From Gammaproteobacteria bacterium (GTDB lineage: Bacteria > Pseudomonadota > Gammaproteobacteria > Eutrophobiales > Eutrophobiaceae): a stretch of 64,000 nt of DNA. The stretch is taken from contig OZ220696.1 of assembly GCA_965116495.1 (NCBI GenBank), positions 1,664,001-1,728,000 on the forward strand, in the 5' to 3' direction. The notes under the pieces were generated by a model. That model did not search any database. It was not told where the DNA came from and saw only the letters and a list, made by a program, of their open reading frames with translations. Position 1 is the stretch's first letter. Each line of letters starts with the position of its first letter. A program made the translations under genes and the position numbers. Positions 10,257 to 20,056 of the stretch are shown piece after piece.

Positions 10257-10982
10257 TTAGTATTGTAGCAAATCATTGACCGATAGTGGGCAGGTCAGGA
10301 TGGGCTTCCCAGGAATTAATTTTCTGATCCCGGCAACTTTTGTACTATCGATAGTCAGTGTGCGTTTATGTTGTTTACATAATGCCCCGCGAAATCCAAG
10401 GTAGTCGGGGTTGATGCGCAGCAGGGGTGGGACATCTTCACGGGTGAGTGAACCTGCCAGGCCGGTAATGAGGCCTGCCTGCCTGGCGTCTGTTACGAAT
10501 TCCGACAATGTTTCATCGTCCAGTTTCTGCCGCAGGTTTCCGTTTGCCTTCTCACAGGTGTCCAGCATCACGCCCGTGATGCCCGTATGCTTCAGTAGCT
10601 GAAAGTTGATGTCAAGAGGAAAGAACTCGGCAAAAAAGACCAGTACAATGCGGATCTGCCTGTCCGTGAGCCTGTTGAAGGCGGACAGGGTAAACGGAGA
10701 TATGGAAGTATCAAACACGCCTACCTTGACAATATCGACTCCGCAGGCATGCATCCCCATGACGGCGGTCTCCAGACCGGCGGCATGGCTCGGCAGGTCG
10801 CCGATTGTCGCACTGGTCGTGGCGCTATTGCCAGTCAGCGCCGTGATCGAGCGTACGCTGTCTTCGTCCAGCGCCCCCAGCGCGCCCTTGCCCGGATCTT
10901 TCAAATCTATCACGTCCACTCCCAGGAAGCGGACCTGGCGCGCCTCATCCACAGATGAGACGCTGGCAAGGAAGCCCGTCAT
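10257..10982 (-). CDS. mfnB: (5-formylfuran-3-yl)methyl phosphate synthase (Orf22/DUF556), methanofuran biosynthesis
   Basis: LASV...EA, IDLKDPGKGALGA, SATIGD, VKVG, MLDT..K, GLAGSL, PDYLGFRGALC. Confidence 0.88.
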   Translation of the reverse strand: MTGFLASVSSVDEARQVRFLGVDVIDLKDPGKGALGALDEDSVRSITALTGNSATTSATIGDLPSHAAGLETAVMGMHACGVDIVKVGVFDTSISPFTLSAFNRLTDRQIRIVLVFFAEFFPLDINFQLLKHTGITGVMLDTCEKANGNLRQKLDDETLSEFVTDARQAGLITGLAGSLTREDVPPLLRINPDYLGFRGALCKQHKRTLTIDSTKVAGIRKLIPGKPILTCPLSVNDLLQY

Positions 10983-11003
10983 GGCTTAACCATCCCGTTT
11001 GAA

Positions 11004-11555
11004 CTACGCGTAATAATCATCAACCTTTTCCATCAGCCATGTCCAGGCTGTCCGTTCTTTTTCACCGGCGGTCTTTTTAATTGCGATGGCCAGGTATTCC
11101 AGTTCCGAACGTATCTTCTGTTCCGGTAACATGTGTAACCGGCTTACCAGTATAGCCGCTTCAACCACCGCGGCCTGGGCGCGGTTAAATCCCCTGAAAG
11201 CACCGTGGACAACGGCATGTACCGGCCGGCAGGTAAAAACAGGGCGCATCTCATCATCCTCGCGGCCCTCTACCCTGACTTCAACATGGGAAAGTGCCGC
11301 CGCGAGCCGTTTACAGGCAATATGTGTCGCATCAACCACCGGCCAGTCATGCCGGCCGGTCAGGCAACCGGCAAAAATCATCACTTCAGTGGTCGCATTT
11401 ATAACTGCCACACCGGAGTTTACCAGGTTATCCAGGGTTTTTGACGGCTTGAACGGCGCGATAAGGTACCTGTCGTTTTCCTGGCGGATACCCATGGGCG
11501 CAATGTGCGTCGTCCCGTCCGGGTTCATTGTGGTAACGACCGTTTCGTAAATCAT
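11004..11555 (-). CDS. DUF447 family protein (Orf19 of the H4MPT cluster)
   Basis: MIYETVVTT, HIAPMG, PFKPSKTLDNL, FNRAQAAVVEAAILVSRL. Confidence 0.85.
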   Translation of the reverse strand: MIYETVVTTMNPDGTTHIAPMGIRQENDRYLIAPFKPSKTLDNLVNSGVAVINATTEVMIFAGCLTGRHDWPVVDATHIACKRLAAALSHVEVRVEGREDDEMRPVFTCRPVHAVVHGAFRGFNRAQAAVVEAAILVSRLHMLPEQKIRSELEYLAIAIKKTAGEKERTAWTWLMEKVDDYYA

Positions 11556-13003
11556 CGGGACTTGCGATTCCTTGCCTGTAAGGTTGTGCCTGCAGGTTTA
11601 TAATCCTCTGCAGTCCGGCTCTTCAGATCATGTGCGGATTTTGTCCGGATTTCCTGTTCTTCAGCCGCTTCAGGTTCGACTGCTACGCCCCAGTCCAGGC
11701 TTTCGTCCTGCATGTAACGCTTGCCGAGTTTCAGGGCAGTCTCAGCCTTTCCCAGTTCCACACCCATGTAAAATGCATGGGGTGCATCCTCTTTCAGCAA
11801 TTCCAGCAGCGGGAACAGTTCATAGGGACCCTGCCCCGTAACCAGGCCGTCCCGGTTAAACACGTGAATACCTTCAGACGTTATTTCCACCCTGTAACTG
11901 GGGTCTTTTATCTCGTCGGCCAGCTCCCTGACCTCACCAAGATCATAAGGAAAAGGTTTACGCGAGTGACTTGCCAGCAGACCGCCGTCAATGCCCTTCG
12001 GGAGTCCTTCTTCCTGCTTTGCCGCAAACATTATGCGTCTGGCCAGGTCCAGTTCGCGCACCACGGAACAGGCATGGGGGCTGACTTCCGTCGCCAGTAC
12101 GTGGTTGATTTCCAGTTCCGATATTATTCCGCACAGGATGGCATTGATGCCGCTGGTATCCGCCTCCGTCAATTCGGTGAGGTTGCCGGTCCCCATCATG
12201 ATCTCAATGTCAGGGTAGCGTTCCCTCAAGGTGTGATAGCGCATAATCGACGCGGTAAATCCAAAATGGACAGGGTCCAGGATACTATCGGCAATGAACG
12301 GCTTATCCTGCGCCCCGAATTTATCTATCAACCGGTACAAAGAGGACATATCAGTGTGTTGTTCCGGGATCAGGACCGGGATCGCCGCCGTTTCTTCCGC
12401 TATCCAGGCACTGCTTTCATGCAGACTCAGCAGGTAATTGGCGCCCGCCTTTGCGCCGCGTAACAACTCATCCTGGTCCAGGGAATCGACACTGACCGCG
12501 TAACCGGTGTCGAGCAGTGCTCGCACGGCGTCTTCCAAGTGCGGGAAAGGCGTATCCGGCAGGCATCCGATGTCAATCACGTCGGCGCCGTCTCGTTTAT
12601 ATCTCTGAGCGCGTGCGAGGATGTCGTCTACACCGATTTGCGAAGCCTCCACTATTTCGGCAAAAATGCCGACATTGTATTTATCCAGGCTGACCGGTTG
12701 CGCTTCGCGTCCGAAAAAGGTGGGCAGATCCTTGACGTCTACTGTGCCTCGTTGTACTGGTACGCCCAGCGCCTCTCCCAGCGCATCCAGGTCGCCCTGG
12801 CACAGCCCCGGAACGATGATTCTATCCACACCGTCAATGTTCCGCAGGCGGCGTCTGATCATCTGCGCGGTCATCAGCGCCGCGACGCTGACGCCGATGT
12901 TTCTTATCTCACAGGTGAACTCCAGCGGCTGCATGGCATTCAGGACACGCCGCAGGCGTTTTTCCGCCAGTTTTCCCGTCAGAAAGAGAATGTGTTCTGT
13001 CAT
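11552..13003 (-). CDS. Dihydropteroate synthase-like Orf20 (DUF6513), tetrahydromethanopterin biosynthesis
   Basis: ILFLTGKLAE, VAALMT, IFAEIV, GADVIDIGC, SVDS, GNLTELTEAD, HAFYMGVELGKA...LGKRYMQDE. Confidence 0.88.
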   Translation of the reverse strand: MTEHILFLTGKLAEKRLRRVLNAMQPLEFTCEIRNIGVSVAALMTAQMIRRRLRNIDGVDRIIVPGLCQGDLDALGEALGVPVQRGTVDVKDLPTFFGREAQPVSLDKYNVGIFAEIVEASQIGVDDILARAQRYKRDGADVIDIGCLPDTPFPHLEDAVRALLDTGYAVSVDSLDQDELLRGAKAGANYLLSLHESSAWIAEETAAIPVLIPEQHTDMSSLYRLIDKFGAQDKPFIADSILDPVHFGFTASIMRYHTLRERYPDIEIMMGTGNLTELTEADTSGINAILCGIISELEINHVLATEVSPHACSVVRELDLARRIMFAAKQEEGLPKGIDGGLLASHSRKPFPYDLGEVRELADEIKDPSYRVEITSEGIHVFNRDGLVTGQGPYELFPLLELLKEDAPHAFYMGVELGKAETALKLGKRYMQDESLDWGVAVEPEAAEEQEIRTKSAHDLKSRTAEDYKPAGTTLQARNRKSR

Positions 13004-13309
13004 GTCATGTGATTTATCCGCAGACTAAGCAGATTAACATCAATTCAGGACACCCATCAATTCAGGACACCCATTAATTCAACAAAGCCAGGGGGTATGC
13101 AATTTATGGCTGTCCCAAATTATGTTCCAGCGCCCCTGTCCGGGTTTCAGATAGACATGAAACGTTGCATTGCTGGTTTATTTGAACCAGTTCGGTTGCC
13201 GAATGGCTTGATAAAATTTCCATCACTGATATAATTACATTTCTTTTACACTGAATAAGTTGTTGTTTTACAAATCTAATTTCATTTATGCTGGGGATAC
13301 TGACGAGTC

Positions 13310-13325
13310 TGGCATAATTTTCGCT
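13310..13325 (+). promoter_or_regulatory. Sigma-54 (-24/-12) promoter upstream of pqqC
   Basis: TGGCATAATTTTCGCT has exact GG-N10-GC spacing, ending 35 nt before the pqqC ATG, with an AT-rich tract upstream. Confidence 0.6.
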
Positions 13326-13360
13326 CTGTTATTTCAGAAATGACTTACAACGAGACATAA

Positions 13361-14086
13361 ATGGGTATTACAGATCCGTGGAGCAGGCAAGAGTTTGAAC
13401 AGCGTTTGCGTGGCAAGGAGAAATATTATCATATTCATCATCCGTTCCATGTGTCGATGAATTCCGGAAAACTGGACAAGCCGGCAATACAGGGCTGGGT
13501 GGCCAACCGGTTTTACTACCAGACCAGCATACCCGTGAAGGATGCCGCCATCATGGCCAACTGCCGCGAGCGCGACGTCAGGCGTCAATGGGTGCAGCGT
13601 ATTATCGACCACGACGGCCAGGAAGGCGAAGACGGCGGCATAGAGGCATGGCTGCAACTCGGCGAGGCCGTAGGCCTGGACAGGAGTGAATTAATTTCGG
13701 AGGAACACGTGTTGCCCGGCGTGCGTTTTGCCATAGACGCCTATTACAACTTTGCCCGCACCGCCGCCTGGCAGGAAGCAGCCTGCTCATCCCTCACTGA
13801 ATTGTTTGCGCCCAAAATTCACCAGAAGCGGCTGGACAACTGGCCGCAGCATTACACCTGGATAGACGCCAAAGGCTACAACTATTTCCGCAAGAGACTG
13901 AGCGAGGCAAGGCGAGACGTGCAACACGGCCTGGATGTTACACTGGATTATTTCAGGACCCGTGCAGAGCAGGAACGAGCCCTGAAGATCCTGCAACTGA
14001 AGCTGGATATACTCTGGACCATGCTGGATGCCATGTGGATGGCCTATATTGAAAACAAGCCGCCCTATCACTGCGTTGAGGTGTGA
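13361..14086 (+). CDS. pqqC: Pyrroloquinoline-quinone synthase
   Basis: [40 protein letters not shown]. Confidence 0.97.
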   Translation: MGITDPWSRQEFEQRLRGKEKYYHIHHPFHVSMNSGKLDKPAIQGWVANRFYYQTSIPVKDAAIMANCRERDVRRQWVQRIIDHDGQEGEDGGIEAWLQLGEAVGLDRSELISEEHVLPGVRFAIDAYYNFARTAAWQEAACSSLTELFAPKIHQKRLDNWPQHYTWIDAKGYNYFRKRLSEARRDVQHGLDVTLDYFRTRAEQERALKILQLKLDILWTMLDAMWMAYIENKPPYHCVEV

Positions 14087-14146
14087 ATACCGATACTTGC
14101 TGTGTAACTTCCGGGGACAGACACATTCTGTCCCCAGCGACGTGTT

Positions 14147-14410
14147 ATGAACAATGCCCCTGAAATCGCCCCGACCTTCCGCTTCCAGTGGGAGGAAGCC
14201 CAGGACTGCTACGTCATCCTGTATCCTGAGGGCATGGTAAAACTCAGTGGCAGCGCCGGTGAGATCATGAAACGTTGTGACGGCAAGAAAAGTACCGACG
14301 AGATTATCACTGAACTTGAAAACGCGTTTCCCGGGGTCGACCTGGAAAACGATGTCCGCAACTTTCTGGATAATGCAAAAAACAATGGTTGGATCAGATA
14401 CAAATCCTAG
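14147..14410 (+). CDS. pqqD: PqqA peptide chaperone
   Basis: [29 protein letters not shown]. Confidence 0.95.
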   Translation: MNNAPEIAPTFRFQWEEAQDCYVILYPEGMVKLSGSAGEIMKRCDGKKSTDEIITELENAFPGVDLENDVRNFLDNAKNNGWIRYKS

Positions 14411-15533
14411 CAGGCCGCTCTGGCTGCTGGCCGAACTTACCTACCGCTGCCCGTTGCAGTGCCCGTACTGCTCCAACCCGGTGGAAATTGCCAAATATAA
14501 CAATGAGCTCACTACCGATGACTGGGTCAGGGTATTGCAGCAGGCGCGCAAGATGGGGGCGACCCAGCTCGGCTTCTCCGGTGGCGAACCGTTGGTGCGG
14601 CGCGACCTGGAAGACCTGATTCGCGAGGCGCGGAGTCTTGGTTATTACACCAACCTGATCACCTCGGGGGTGGGCATGGATGCGGACCGGGTCAAGGCCT
14701 TCAAGGAGGCGGGCCTGGACCATATCCAGATCAGTTTCCAGGCCAGTAACGAAGAGTTGAACAATTATCTCGGCGGCACAAAAAGTTTCCGGCACAAACA
14801 GGAAATGGCCAGGGTAGTCAAGGAGTTTGAATACCCCATGGTCCTGAACATCGTGCTGCACCGGAAGAACGTCGACCAGATCCGGGATATCCTGGACATG
14901 ACCGTGGATTTGAATGCCGATTACGTGGAACTGGCCAGCACCCAGTACTACGGTTGGTCCCGGGTCAACATCGAACAGTTATTACCCACCCGAGAACAAC
15001 TTGCCCGGGCTGAAATTGTGGCGAAGGAATACCAGGAAAAGATGAAGGACAGGATGAAAATCATCTACGTTATCCCGGATTACTTTGAGAACCGGCCCAA
15101 AGCCTGTATGAACGGCTGGGGTTCGATCTTTCTTACTATCGCTCCCGACGGCAGCGCCCTCCCCTGCCACGCCGCCGCCCAGTTACCCGGACTGGAATTT
15201 CCCAATGTCAGGGATCACAGTATCGAAGAAATCTGGAATGGCTCCGATGCGTTTAATAAATTCCGCGGCTTTGACTGGATGCAGGAACCCTGCAGGAGTT
15301 GCCCGGAGAAGGAAAAAGACTTCGGCGGCTGCCGCTGCCAGGCTTACATGCTGACCGGTGACGCCACCAACGCCGACCCCGTGTGCGACAAATCCGCTCA
15401 CCACCGGCAACTGCATGACGACGTGGCGCGCATCGGCCGCTTGTCCGGTACAAAGGAATTTGAAGACAAGCCCCTGGTGTTCCGCAATATGAAGAACTCC
15501 AAAGAGATCCTGGGGGACAGAGTTACCGCTTGA
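14385..15533 (+). CDS. pqqE: PqqA peptide cyclase (radical SAM/SPASM)
   Basis: [44 protein letters not shown]. Confidence 0.97.
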   Translation: MVGSDTNPSRPLWLLAELTYRCPLQCPYCSNPVEIAKYNNELTTDDWVRVLQQARKMGATQLGFSGGEPLVRRDLEDLIREARSLGYYTNLITSGVGMDADRVKAFKEAGLDHIQISFQASNEELNNYLGGTKSFRHKQEMARVVKEFEYPMVLNIVLHRKNVDQIRDILDMTVDLNADYVELASTQYYGWSRVNIEQLLPTREQLARAEIVAKEYQEKMKDRMKIIYVIPDYFENRPKACMNGWGSIFLTIAPDGSALPCHAAAQLPGLEFPNVRDHSIEEIWNGSDAFNKFRGFDWMQEPCRSCPEKEKDFGGCRCQAYMLTGDATNADPVCDKSAHHRQLHDDVARIGRLSGTKEFEDKPLVFRNMKNSKEILGDRVTA

Positions 15534-15659
15534 GTTATCTCGTCGTAGCGGCGCAAGCCGGTATCCGGTAAATATACATTCGACTGTTTTAAGAAAGAAT
15601 TTTTTTGACCTTGATTGGATTCCGGGTCAAGCCCGGAATGACGGACAGCCGGGAATGAT

Positions 15660-15710
15660 GAACAGTCAGGATTGACGAACAGTCAGGATTGACGAACAGT
15701 CAGGATTGAC
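15660..15710. repeat. Three tandem copies of a 17-bp unit overlapping the folP stop codon
   Basis: gaacagtcaggattgac x3, next to a family A REP at 15617-15642. Confidence 0.85.
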
Positions 15711-16534
15711 GAGCGGGAGCGAAGTGCCCAGGCTACGTCGAGGGCCTGGCGGTTCTCCTTAATGTCGTGTACGCGGAAGATATCGACACCGGCAAAGACG
15801 CCTATGGCCGTGGTGGCGCAGGTTGCTCCTACCAGTTCGCTATACTCGGTTATGTCGCAGATTGAACCCATGAAACGTTTTCGGCTTGCTCCCAGCATCA
15901 CCTTGTAACCGGTTGCCGTGAATTTGTTGAGGTTCACTATGATATCCAGGTTGTCACGTTTGGATTTACCGAACCCGATACCCGGGTCGATCACCAGGTT
16001 CTCCTGCTTGACGCCTGCATCCTGGGCGAGTGCCGCGCGCTCCAGCAGAAAAGACTTGATCTCGGCAACGACGTCGGTGTAACGCGGATTATCCTGCATG
16101 GTCCTGGGCGTCCCCTGCATGTGCATGATGATATAAGGCACACCGGCTTCGGCGACCAGCCTGAACATACCGGGGTCGTCCTGCCCTGCCGAGATATCAT
16201 TGACGATGGCAGCTCCCTGCTTCAGTGCGGCGCCGGCAACGATGGTGGAGGTCGTATCAATACCGATGGAAACGTCTGCGGGAAGTTCCTGTCGCAGTTG
16301 GCTGATAACCGGTATAACTCGCCCCAGTTGTTCCTCCACCGGTACGCGGTCTGCGCCCGGGCGGGTGGATTCGCCTCCTATATCTATCATCTCCACTCCC
16401 TGCTCCACCATCTCATGAGCGCGGGCTACGGCTGAGGTTAATTCCTGGTGCAGGCCGCCGTCGGAAAAGCTGTCAGGGGTCACGTTGAGGACACCCATGA
16501 GCAGCGGTCTGGAGGTGGCATCAACCGGATTCAT
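15683..16534 (-). CDS. folP: Dihydropteroate synthase
   Basis: MGVLNVTPDSFSDGG, IDIGGESTRPGA, DPGIGFGK, SRKRF, RVHD. Confidence 0.96.
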   Translation of the reverse strand: MNPVDATSRPLLMGVLNVTPDSFSDGGLHQELTSAVARAHEMVEQGVEMIDIGGESTRPGADRVPVEEQLGRVIPVISQLRQELPADVSIGIDTTSTIVAGAALKQGAAIVNDISAGQDDPGMFRLVAEAGVPYIIMHMQGTPRTMQDNPRYTDVVAEIKSFLLERAALAQDAGVKQENLVIDPGIGFGKSKRDNLDIIVNLNKFTATGYKVMLGASRKRFMGSICDITEYSELVGATCATTAIGVFAGVDIFRVHDIKENRQALDVAWALRSRSSILTVRQS

Positions 16535-17478
16535 CTTAATCTTTTCACCATTTCGTCTGTGGCAGTGACCAGGGCATCCACCATGACGGGTTCACCGGCT
16601 AGGTGCCCTCCCTCATTGACGACCACCAGTTCAGAATCCGGCAGCGCCCGGTGTAACGACCAGGAGGCATCCAGGGTGCAGGTCATGTCCCGCCGCCCAT
16701 GGATGATCCTGATTGGCACGGAGGGGAGTTCAGCTACATTATCCAGGAGCTGGTTTTCAGCGATAAAATACCGGTGTTTCGCATAATGGGTTTCTATCAG
16801 GACTTCATGGACGGTCTTGTTTACGTCGCCGGGTGCATACTCCGCTCCCGGCAACAGGTAAGTGACGATCCGTCCCGCCCATTTTGACCAGGCCAGGGCG
16901 GCGGCTTCCCGGGTTTTTCTGTCCGCGCCATGGACACGGAGATGATAGGCTGAGATGAGGTCATCTCTTTCGGGTGCAGGTATGATCTCCGTAAAGTCCC
17001 GCCAGTAGTCGGGAAAGATCATGCTGGCGCCCTGCCTGCCGAACCAGTCCAGGTCCTTTTGCCGGGCCAGGAAGGTACCGCGCAGGATCATGCCCAGGAC
17101 GCGGGACGGGTATGATTGCGCGTACAGCAACCCGAGGGTAGCGCCCCAGGACCCGCCGAACACCAGCCATTTGTCTATGCCCAGGTGTTCCCTTATGCGT
17201 TCGATATCCTGCAGCAGTTCCGGGGTTGAATTGTTTGTTGTCTCACCGGCCGGTTTCGAGCGGTGGCAACCGCGCTGGTCAAACAGGACCACCCGGTATT
17301 TTTTGGGATTGAAGTAACGCCGGTGATTCCCGTTACAGCCTGAGCCCGGGCCGCCATGCAGGAATATCACCGGAAGCCCCCGGGGATTGCCTGCCTCCTC
17401 GACGTAGACGGTATGAACCTGATCTACTTTCAGGTGATAGCTCCCTCTGGCTGCAATTTCAGGGTATAACTCTCTCAT
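16531..17478 (-). CDS. pip: Prolyl aminopeptidase
   Basis: HGGPGSG, FDQRGC, FGGSWGATL, LRGTF. Confidence 0.93.
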   Translation of the reverse strand: MRELYPEIAARGSYHLKVDQVHTVYVEEAGNPRGLPVIFLHGGPGSGCNGNHRRYFNPKKYRVVLFDQRGCHRSKPAGETTNNSTPELLQDIERIREHLGIDKWLVFGGSWGATLGLLYAQSYPSRVLGMILRGTFLARQKDLDWFGRQGASMIFPDYWRDFTEIIPAPERDDLISAYHLRVHGADRKTREAAALAWSKWAGRIVTYLLPGAEYAPGDVNKTVHEVLIETHYAKHRYFIAENQLLDNVAELPSVPIRIIHGRRDMTCTLDASWSLHRALPDSELVVVNEGGHLAGEPVMVDALVTATDEMVKRLR

Positions 17479-17532
17479 TGCGGTTGTGGGTCAGGCTGAA
17501 GGTACACCAAAAAATTGTCCCTGCACACCCTT

Positions 17533-17752
17533 TACACGTCATTCCGGCAGCCCGTACACGTCATTCCGGCAGCCCGTGCACGTCATTCCGGTAGCCCGTA
17601 CACGTCATTCCGGTAGCTCGTACACGTCATTCCGGTAGCTCGTACACGTCATTCCGGTAGCTCGTACACGTCATTCCGGCGAAAGCCGGAATCCAGTCAG
17701 ATAACACACTATGGATTCCGGCTTTCGCCGGAATGACGATTCGGAATGACGA
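17533..17752. repeat. Tandem array of six 22-bp units running into an inverted pair of family A REPs
   Basis: tacacgtcattccgg(c/t)agc(c/t)cg x6 (17533-17664), then gtcattccggcgaaagccggaatccag and its inverse tggattccggctttcgccggaatgacg. Confidence 0.9.
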
Positions 17753-17765
17753 TAACAGGTAAATA

Positions 17766-18716
17766 CTATATCTCGCCCAGGATCTGTTCCCTCTTCCGTT
17801 CATATTCTTCGGCGCTGATCAGTTCCTTGTCACGCAGTTCCTGCAAGGTCATCAGTCTCTGCTTGATTGTCTGGCTCGTGTCTCCGTTAGAGGATTGCAT
17901 CTCCTTGCGCATCTTGGCCAGTTCCAGGCGCATCTCCCGTCTTTCCCGCGCCATCCTGGCCGCCTCCGCCTGCATGGCCGCACTGGTCACCGTCTCCTGC
18001 GGCGCCTGTTTCTTCTTTTCAGCCAGGTACGCCGCTGCCGCCTGTTCCAGGTCTATTTCTATCCAGTCCCGGCGTGTCTTCCTGCCATCCTCATGAGGAT
18101 TGACACCGGCCCCGGCAACAATAGAGCCTTTGAAACCGACAGATTTGGCCCGGCGGCCATATTTGAAGTACTGCTTTGTTTCCGTTATGCCATGGCTCCT
18201 TTCGACCGTCTCCTGGAACCTGTCACCTTCATGATCATAATCTCCGATGATGAGATGCAGCTTGCCGTCCAGGTAGAAAACCCGTCCTCCGGTATAACCC
18301 CTGTTCTGGATGACCACATATTTCTTTTCCGACCGGGCTAGCACAAAGACGATATCCTGGTCCGGCCTGGCCTTGGATAATCCGGTGGCGATATACTGGC
18401 CCAGCAGGCGTGACTGTTGCAGGGAAAACAGTGTCTTGCGTTTCTTTTTCTTGAAGAAACCCCCGCTAGAATTGGCTTCGATTCCTTCAAGGGCATTGGC
18501 AACCAGATCGGCTTCCAACTGCACCGGGTGCTGGTTCGGCGGCGTCACATCCTTTTTGGACTTATCCTGGTCCGTCAGCCGGATATACAGGTTAGCCCCG
18601 GATTTCCACAGGTCTTCATCGTTTGCGCCGAAATTGGGCAGCAAATCAGCCTGGATAATGCCTGCGTACGACAGCAGGAGCAAATACAGGATGCCGGTTT
18701 TGGTAGATTTTCTCAT
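17766..18716 (-). CDS. Exported protein with coiled coil and C-terminal SHOCT domain
   Basis: Signal peptide; NQHPVQL; C-terminus RLMTLQELRDKELISAEEYERKREQILGEI. Confidence 0.8.
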   Translation of the reverse strand: MRKSTKTGILYLLLLSYAGIIQADLLPNFGANDEDLWKSGANLYIRLTDQDKSKKDVTPPNQHPVQLEADLVANALEGIEANSSGGFFKKKKRKTLFSLQQSRLLGQYIATGLSKARPDQDIVFVLARSEKKYVVIQNRGYTGGRVFYLDGKLHLIIGDYDHEGDRFQETVERSHGITETKQYFKYGRRAKSVGFKGSIVAGAGVNPHEDGRKTRRDWIEIDLEQAAAAYLAEKKKQAPQETVTSAAMQAEAARMARERREMRLELAKMRKEMQSSNGDTSQTIKQRLMTLQELRDKELISAEEYERKREQILGEI

Positions 18717-18777
18717 AAGATTGGTTAAGTGCGAGTCTCAAATACCTTTATTGGAGCAATTATAGAATAATCCGGGG

Positions 18778-18807
18778 ACCAAAACAAAAAGGCGCACAGT
18801 GTGCGCC
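18778..18807. repeat. Left copy of the 30-bp direct repeat bounding the TA island
   Basis: accaaaacaaaaaggcgcacagtgtgcgcc, identical at 22477-22506. Confidence 0.9.
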
Positions 18808-18927
18808 CCTTGCAAGGAAAGTGGCATCATCAGGATGCGCGGCTGTGGTAGGTAAATGAGTTCTATCATTTCATGCCAGGATGGCTTATCATTTCTTACC
18901 TGATAATAAGGTACTTGGAGTAAAGTA

Positions 18928-19167
18928 ATGCAAGCAACAATCACAAGTAAAGGGCAAGTGACCGTTCCCAAACCGATTCGGGACAAACTTCACCTCCGAG
19001 CAGGTGACAAGGTTGAATTTATGTTGGAAGAAGATGGAAACCTGCGGGTTGCGCCCGTCACTGCGTCTGTTACACAACTGAAAGGCATGTTGCCCAAACC
19101 CTCTGTCACACTCAATATTGCAGAAATGGATAAAGCCATTGAAATCACTGCCGCGCGCAGGAGATGA
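18928..19167 (+). CDS. AbrB/MazE/SpoVT family antitoxin
   Basis: ATITSKGQVTVPKPIRDKLHLRAGDKVEF; ATGA overlap with the toxin. Confidence 0.92.
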   Translation: MQATITSKGQVTVPKPIRDKLHLRAGDKVEFMLEEDGNLRVAPVTASVTQLKGMLPKPSVTLNIAEMDKAIEITAARRR

Positions 19168-19562
19168 TCGGTCTCGACACCAACATCCTGGTGCGCTACA
19201 TCCTTCAGGACGACCCTGAGCAGGCAGCAGTTGCGGAGCGTCTTATCGAAAGTCAATGTACGGCACACTCGCCCGGTTATATCAGCATCCTGGTTCTGGT
19301 AGAGATGGTATGGGTACTGACCACCGGCTACGGTTATGAGAAGCACCACATTGTTTCAACAATTCACCAGGTCCTGATTACAAACGAATTCATGGTTGAA
19401 GATCGTGAAACAGTTTGGGTTGCTTTACGGGAATTTGAAAGAGGCTCCTCTGACTTTGCAGACTGTCTCATTTCTCATCGCAATCATACGCAGGGGTGCA
19501 CACAAACCTTCACCTTCGACCGCAAAGCGGCACGCGGGAGTCACTTTGCGTTCGCTGGCTGA
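19164..19562 (+). CDS. vapC: VapC/PIN family toxin
   Basis: MIGLDTNILVRY, VEMVWVL, DFADCLI, TFTFDRKA. Confidence 0.92.
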   Translation: MIGLDTNILVRYILQDDPEQAAVAERLIESQCTAHSPGYISILVLVEMVWVLTTGYGYEKHHIVSTIHQVLITNEFMVEDRETVWVALREFERGSSDFADCLISHRNHTQGCTQTFTFDRKAARGSHFAFAG

Positions 19563-19662
19563 TTCTTCAGGGATGGACCGATGAATTTATAGGCGTAATC
19601 ACTCGCCGTCTGACGACGGTGTGCCTCTATCAGACCGGAACTAACCCGGGAATTCCGTTACA

Positions 19663-20037
19663 GTGGAGTAAATTCAAACCTTTTTGTGATATTTCCTAAC
19701 CTGCTTGACATAGCCGGAAAAATGAACTAAGTCTATCGGACTAAGTTTGTGGAGGACAACATGCGCACTGTCAACATGCACGAAGCCAAGACACATCTTT
19801 CGCGTCTCGTCCAGGCCGCCGCCGCTGGTGAACCATTCATTATCGCCCGCGCCAGCAAGCCCATGGTCAAAGTCAGCGCGGTGAATGCTTCCGAATCCGG
19901 GGCTATGCGCCGAACCGGGTTCCTGGCAGGCAGGATCTCAGTCCCTGCTGATTTTGATCGTATGGGTTCCGCTGAGATTGAGACGTTGTTTGAAGACAGT
20001 GCGTGAGTTTTCTTCTCGATACCCACGTCCTGCTCTG
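19663..20037. repeat. 375-bp direct duplication (promoter, Phd-type antitoxin, vapC 5' end); second copy 21465-21839
   Basis: Near-identical from gtggagtaaattcaaacc to gatacccacgtcctgctctg, offset 1802 bp. Confidence 0.92.
19761..20006 (+). CDS. Phd/YefM family antitoxin (copy 1)
   Basis: MRTVNMHEAKTHLSRLV, GEPFIIAR; GGAGG RBS; TTGACA -35 upstream. Confidence 0.9.
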   Translation: MRTVNMHEAKTHLSRLVQAAAAGEPFIIARASKPMVKVSAVNASESGAMRRTGFLAGRISVPADFDRMGSAEIETLFEDSA

Positions 20038-20038
20038 A
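20003..20038 (+). pseudogene. Truncated vapC (11 codons)
   Basis: MSFLLDTHVLL then TGA where the intact copy has TGG; no further homology. Confidence 0.85.
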
Positions 20039-20056
20039 GGGTATCATCATCGTTGT

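Noticed and set aside
13004-13360. Possible pqqA precursor gene upstream of pqqC (also checked 8411-8520)
   Set aside because: No short ORF with the E-x3-Y PqqA motif seen by eye; only repeats and promoter-like DNA
17533-17696. Possible CRISPR array
   Set aside because: Units are head-to-tail with no unique spacers, derive from a REP arm, and no cas genes are present
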